From: Escherichia coli
GTDB taxonomy: Bacteria; Pseudomonadota; Gammaproteobacteria; Enterobacterales; Enterobacteriaceae
Assembly: GCF_965641715.1 (NCBI RefSeq)
Contig: NZ_OZ282455.1
Direction: 5' to 3' (one strand)
DNA: 64,000 nucleotides
Below are positions 60,168 through 64,000 of the stretch, piece after piece. The translations under genes and the position numbers were made by a program. A model generated the notes under the pieces. The model did no database searches. It was given only the letters and a program-made list of their open reading frames with translations, and was not told the DNA's origin. Numbering within the stretch: position 1 is the first letter of the stretch; the number at the start of each line of letters is the position of its first letter.

Positions 60168-60620
60168 TCAGAAAGTAAGGGTGGTGCCATCACTTAACGT
60201 GACGCCAGACAATGAGATCGACTTCACCGTGACGGATGTACCCGGAAGCTGGCTACCAGTGGTGACGCTTGTCTGACGTCCATCAGCCATGCGAAGAACG
60301 GCATGAAGACGTTTATCTTTGCCGTTTATTTCCATAATAACGGGCAATTCCTTTCTGTTTTTAGATGTCGGCTGCTCTGAAACTGATGGCAAAGAGGCAG
60401 TCATACCAGAGAAACCTGAAACAGTTTCAGATGACAGATTAACATCTGATTCTTCGAGTTGTTTCTGTAGCTGTGCGCCCTGAACTTTTGCCTGTAAAAG
60501 AATATTCCGGTTTTGTTGTGCTTCAAGTTCTCCTATTGTGACAAGAGGTTGTGTTGTTGCAAATGAAAAACCGGAGAAGAAAAATATGGATGGAATAATG
60601 AGTGATTTACCTGGACGCAT
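60168..60620 (-). CDS. pilP: pilus biogenesis protein PilP
   Basis: 150 aa with signal peptide; synteny. Confidence 0.7.
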   Translation of the reverse strand: MRPGKSLIIPSIFFFSGFSFATTQPLVTIGELEAQQNRNILLQAKVQGAQLQKQLEESDVNLSSETVSGFSGMTASLPSVSEQPTSKNRKELPVIMEINGKDKRLHAVLRMADGRQTSVTTGSQLPGTSVTVKSISLSGVTLSDGTTLTF

Positions 60621-61902
60621 AAATATGACCTTCTGAGGAATAACTGAAAGTACCGCCGTTTAATTCAAAATGGATATTGCTCAGACGAACGCCGGTATCC
60701 TGAAATAAAGGGAACAACTCATCAGGATTTACAGGCGTTGATAAACTGAACTGATATTCTTTCCATTTCTGAACAGGGGCTGGTTCACCATCGTTACCTG
60801 GTAATGGTTCCGGTATGGCTATTTCATTAATGGCCGGCGTTAACTGTTTTTTCTGAAACCACGTGAACACCCGCATCAGTTGTTCTGAGGGGGCAGGGAC
60901 TGCCTCATCCCTGCGGGGCAGGGAAGGCAGTGGTCGGGTTACAGAAGCCAGGCGTGCACCATCTTTAAGGTTAAAGTCAGGAATAACATTAAAGATTTCT
61001 TTGCTTCTTGCCAGAAAGCCTTCAATAGTTCCTCCTGGCTGTCGTTCGTAAATCAGTGTGAATGTCTCGGGAGTACATGTTCCACCGGTAAGTTTCCAGC
61101 CTTCTAGCGCGACCGGTGATGGTTTTCGAAGGTCCGCGCAGGCTTTCAGAAAATCACTGATTACAGGTTGTGACGCCCATGGATGCGGGAGCTCCGGTGG
61201 TGGTTCGAGCTTTTTAAACTGTAATCTTGCCCGTGCAGCTATCTCCTCGGCGGTCGGTCCGACATCAGGCTCTGGCTGAGTCATCCAGAATACTGTGCCT
61301 GCGCCGGCTGCTACTAAAAACAGTACGGCAGGAAGTGTGAATTTGCTGCGATTGCCGACAGTAAGTTTGCAACGGCGGAGGTCTGCTGATGATAACCGGG
61401 TAATAATACTTTCCCAGTTATCAGGATGTTCCAGAGACGATACAACCTGCCATTTTTCGGGGGGCTCTTCGTTCATCGCCAGAAAAAGGCTGACCTTTTG
61501 GGCAACGTCGGCATCATTTCCTGATAAGTCAGCCATAACGGCAGGCTGGCCATTAATGGAAGCAAGGAATAAGAGCTCCTTATCGCTGTACCGGAAGACA
61601 CCGTATCCATTTCTGACCCATGAGCAGAAAGCCAGTGCCAGGGAAAAATAATGATTGCGTTCTGGCCTGGTCAGTATTCCTGTGCCGGTAAGGCGGCTGA
61701 TCTTTCCACGGGAATTTCTGCTGCCTACAGTCACTTTCAGGGAGGTAAGCCGTCTGGGTTTTACATGAGACTTGTGTTTATGATGTGAGGGGACGCGCTG
61801 TTTTTTTACGACAGGAGTCCATTTAAGACAGGCAGCCCACACGCGATGATTTACTTTAGGATCTGCGAGAAGCACTACCGGGTTGATATCTTCATCAGCC
61901 AT
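60607..61902 (-). CDS. pilO: pilus biogenesis protein PilO
   Basis: 431 aa; synteny. Confidence 0.7.
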   Translation of the reverse strand: MADEDINPVVLLADPKVNHRVWAACLKWTPVVKKQRVPSHHKHKSHVKPRRLTSLKVTVGSRNSRGKISRLTGTGILTRPERNHYFSLALAFCSWVRNGYGVFRYSDKELLFLASINGQPAVMADLSGNDADVAQKVSLFLAMNEEPPEKWQVVSSLEHPDNWESIITRLSSADLRRCKLTVGNRSKFTLPAVLFLVAAGAGTVFWMTQPEPDVGPTAEEIAARARLQFKKLEPPPELPHPWASQPVISDFLKACADLRKPSPVALEGWKLTGGTCTPETFTLIYERQPGGTIEGFLARSKEIFNVIPDFNLKDGARLASVTRPLPSLPRRDEAVPAPSEQLMRVFTWFQKKQLTPAINEIAIPEPLPGNDGEPAPVQKWKEYQFSLSTPVNPDELFPLFQDTGVRLSNIHFELNGGTFSYSSEGHIYASR

Positions 61903-63577
61903 TATTGCCTCCTGACGGGAAAGTCGGGGTAATGATGATCACAAGCGTGCTGCGTTCATTTTTCCCGGTTTGTGAACCACCAAATAATGGATTTGCTGGC
62001 GTAAATGTACCGGCTTTACTTGTCGTCGTATTGTTCTGATCGAAACCAGTAACGACAAGTGATTGCCCTTCTTTCAGATTGACCTTCTGGCTCAGTGAAC
62101 GCAGTTTGGTATATGGCATTTCGATGTAACTGTTTCCGTCTTTTGACGTAAAGCTACGGATAGTTGGGGGATCAGACAGATTAAAGTTCATCTGCAACTG
62201 GAGATTGCCTGTTTTCTGAATTAAAGGCAGCAGGGTCATATTGAATCCAGTGGTGATCATGCCCGGTGTTAATGTTGTTGTTGCTCCTACATCCGTAGTC
62301 GTAGTTGTTGCTGACTGGGCGACGTAAACTGTCTGATCTGCCATCTGGATAGGTACCGGCGTCAGGTTTGTGACAGTGCTTTCTTGTGAAGTTACAACGC
62401 TGACATCGCCTTGTTCACTCAGTGCTTTAATCAGAAGGCTGGAACCGCTGAATTTGGCGGCATTCCCTGTTGCCGTATCCAGAATTGATACGCCTGCAGA
62501 TGTAGCGCCTGTAAAATCTCCGCTTGCATTGTTCAACGTTGCTCCGGCGGAATGTAGCGATTTATAAACAAGGTTCCAGTCCAGACCGAACTGTTCGTTT
62601 CTGGTATTGCTGACGCTCAGAACCTGTACGTTCAGGGCTACCTGGCGGTTCATAATACTGTTTTGTTCGTCTACATATCGTGCGACGGCTTCCTGGACAG
62701 CTGGAGTATCAGTGACTGTCAGCGTTGAGCTCGATGCAGATAACCAGTAACGGCCTTTTTCTGGTGTCAGCATTGCTTCAATAGTTTTCCGGATATCTTC
62801 ATACAGATCGTATTCCTGACCAACGGTTGTGCTCTGAGAGGACGTTGCATCACCGGATGCTGAGTTATCCTGGCCTCCTGTTGCCCCCATTGTGCTTGTT
62901 GAGCCAGAGCTGACACTGGAACTGCTGCTGGTTTTGGTGTTCAGCATATGAAGTGGATACGTTCTGGTTTCAGTCAGATAGAATACAATCCGACCATTAT
63001 CCATGCGCCAGTACAGACCACTCCGGCTGGCCATCAGATCCAGAAGACCATTGATATCTCCCTGCCACATGAGGTTATTCAGCGTTAATGGCTGAGTGGA
63101 GGTAGCCATTGTTGTGCTGCCCAGGCTGCTTAACGGTAGACGTCCATTTTCATCTGGTGCTGGTAGTGTTCCTGTCATCTGGCGGGTAGCGCCTCCTTCA
63201 AGAGTTGAATTGGCTGCGTCAGGCGTGATGATCACAGGGATGCCGCATACGGCAGTAATACGTTGCCCCAGTTCCTGCAGAGTGATCTCTCCTTTTCTTG
63301 CCTGCGTGATGTAGCAGGCTGGAGCTGTTTGTTTTTTCTCTCTTGATACCTGAGCGACCGGAACAGGGTTTATCCATTGATTATCGAGCCAGGTAAGAGC
63401 CTGCGATTTACGGGCCGAAAGGGCTGATACCTTTTCCCGTGCATGTGCTGAGTCTTCCTGTGCTTTTTTCTGCATTTTGTTGATTTCGCTGAAAGTACAT
63501 CCGGAGATGGAAAGAGCGACGGCGATCATGCAGGGGAGCACCGCCAGCTTCATTGAACGCTGGTGTGATTTTTTCAT
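61895..63577 (-). CDS. pilN: secretin-like outer-membrane lipoprotein PilN
   Basis: 560 aa; lipobox LSISGC; Ser/Thr-rich region; secretin-like C-terminus. Confidence 0.8.
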   Translation of the reverse strand: MKKSHQRSMKLAVLPCMIAVALSISGCTFSEINKMQKKAQEDSAHAREKVSALSARKSQALTWLDNQWINPVPVAQVSREKKQTAPACYITQARKGEITLQELGQRITAVCGIPVIITPDAANSTLEGGATRQMTGTLPAPDENGRLPLSSLGSTTMATSTQPLTLNNLMWQGDINGLLDLMASRSGLYWRMDNGRIVFYLTETRTYPLHMLNTKTSSSSSVSSGSTSTMGATGGQDNSASGDATSSQSTTVGQEYDLYEDIRKTIEAMLTPEKGRYWLSASSSTLTVTDTPAVQEAVARYVDEQNSIMNRQVALNVQVLSVSNTRNEQFGLDWNLVYKSLHSAGATLNNASGDFTGATSAGVSILDTATGNAAKFSGSSLLIKALSEQGDVSVVTSQESTVTNLTPVPIQMADQTVYVAQSATTTTTDVGATTTLTPGMITTGFNMTLLPLIQKTGNLQLQMNFNLSDPPTIRSFTSKDGNSYIEMPYTKLRSLSQKVNLKEGQSLVVTGFDQNNTTTSKAGTFTPANPLFGGSQTGKNERSTLVIIITPTFPSGGNNG

Positions 63578-63590
63578 GAATATATCCAGA

Positions 63591-63959
63591 TTAGTTAACG
63601 TAGACGACAGAACCAGCAGTAATGCCTGCCGGGGGTGTCAGACCGGTTGCAGTTCCTGATAGCCAGGTGAGTTGCCCGTTTTGGAAGATCCCTATTAGTG
63701 CAGAACCACGACTTTTTGAACGCAAAGTTTCAACAAGTCCTGGTTGTTCAGGCATCCATACCCACAGACGCCCCTGTTGTAACTGATGTTTAATTCGGGA
63801 GTCCGGAGTGACAGGGAGAGCCAGTTTATCTGAGGAAATTACTCCGTCCTGCTGGCCTGATACGTATCTGATATCATTGATTCTATTAGCAATCATTAGT
63901 ATCTGACTTGCCCATACAGACGCACTTGCATATTGCTGGGCGTTTGTGGTTTCAGACAT
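63591..63959 (-). CDS. pilM: pilus biogenesis protein PilM
   Basis: 122 aa; synteny; upstream gene runs off the window end. Confidence 0.6.
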   Translation of the reverse strand: MSETTNAQQYASASVWASQILMIANRINDIRYVSGQQDGVISSDKLALPVTPDSRIKHQLQQGRLWVWMPEQPGLVETLRSKSRGSALIGIFQNGQLTWLSGTATGLTPPAGITAGSVVYVN

Positions 63960-64000
63960 CTTCTGATTCTGGTAGCTACCAGTGATAATCAGAATGGTCA

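Noticed and set aside
63960-64000. Partial upstream pil gene (pilL) at the window edge
   Set aside because: Only about 40 nt are available, too little to call a feature

Overview
This window is the conjugation core of an IncI-complex plasmid (R64/ColIb-P9-like gene order; replicon not in window). Calls are from reading the sequence and the ORF track, with no database searches; coordinates derived by hand may be off by 1-2 nt. Layout: (1) 1-16.2 kb, a leading region with every substantial gene on the + strand (orphan DNA methyltransferase, klcA/ardB-type and ardA antirestriction genes, ssb, ParB-like protein, psiB-psiA, an Rpn-family nuclease, many unknown ORFs), interspersed with two families of GC-rich dispersed repeats of about 340-380 nt sitting immediately 5' of genes; (2) oriT at about 16.7 kb followed by nikA-nikB; (3) trbC-trbB-trbA, pndA, excA; (4) traY to traE on the - strand, including the sog primase and nuc; (5) rci plus a shufflon, then pilV to pilM. 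Best candidate for something undescribed: an unannotated 31-aa hydrophobic peptide ORF at 25762..25857 with a divergent upstream antisense sRNA candidate that has 24-nt complementarity to the peptide 5' UTR, its own promoter and a terminator, i.e. a dinQ/agrB- or tisB/istR-like type I toxin-antitoxin. Other points of interest: ardA carries an in-frame TAG at codon 118; an Rpn nuclease is followed by a free-standing copy of its own C-terminal tail; a divergent HTH gene sits next to two identical palindromic operators; the traG position encodes an Ais/PmrG-like histidine phosphatase. tra/trb/pil gene symbols are assigned by synteny with R64 and are less certain than the motif-based calls.
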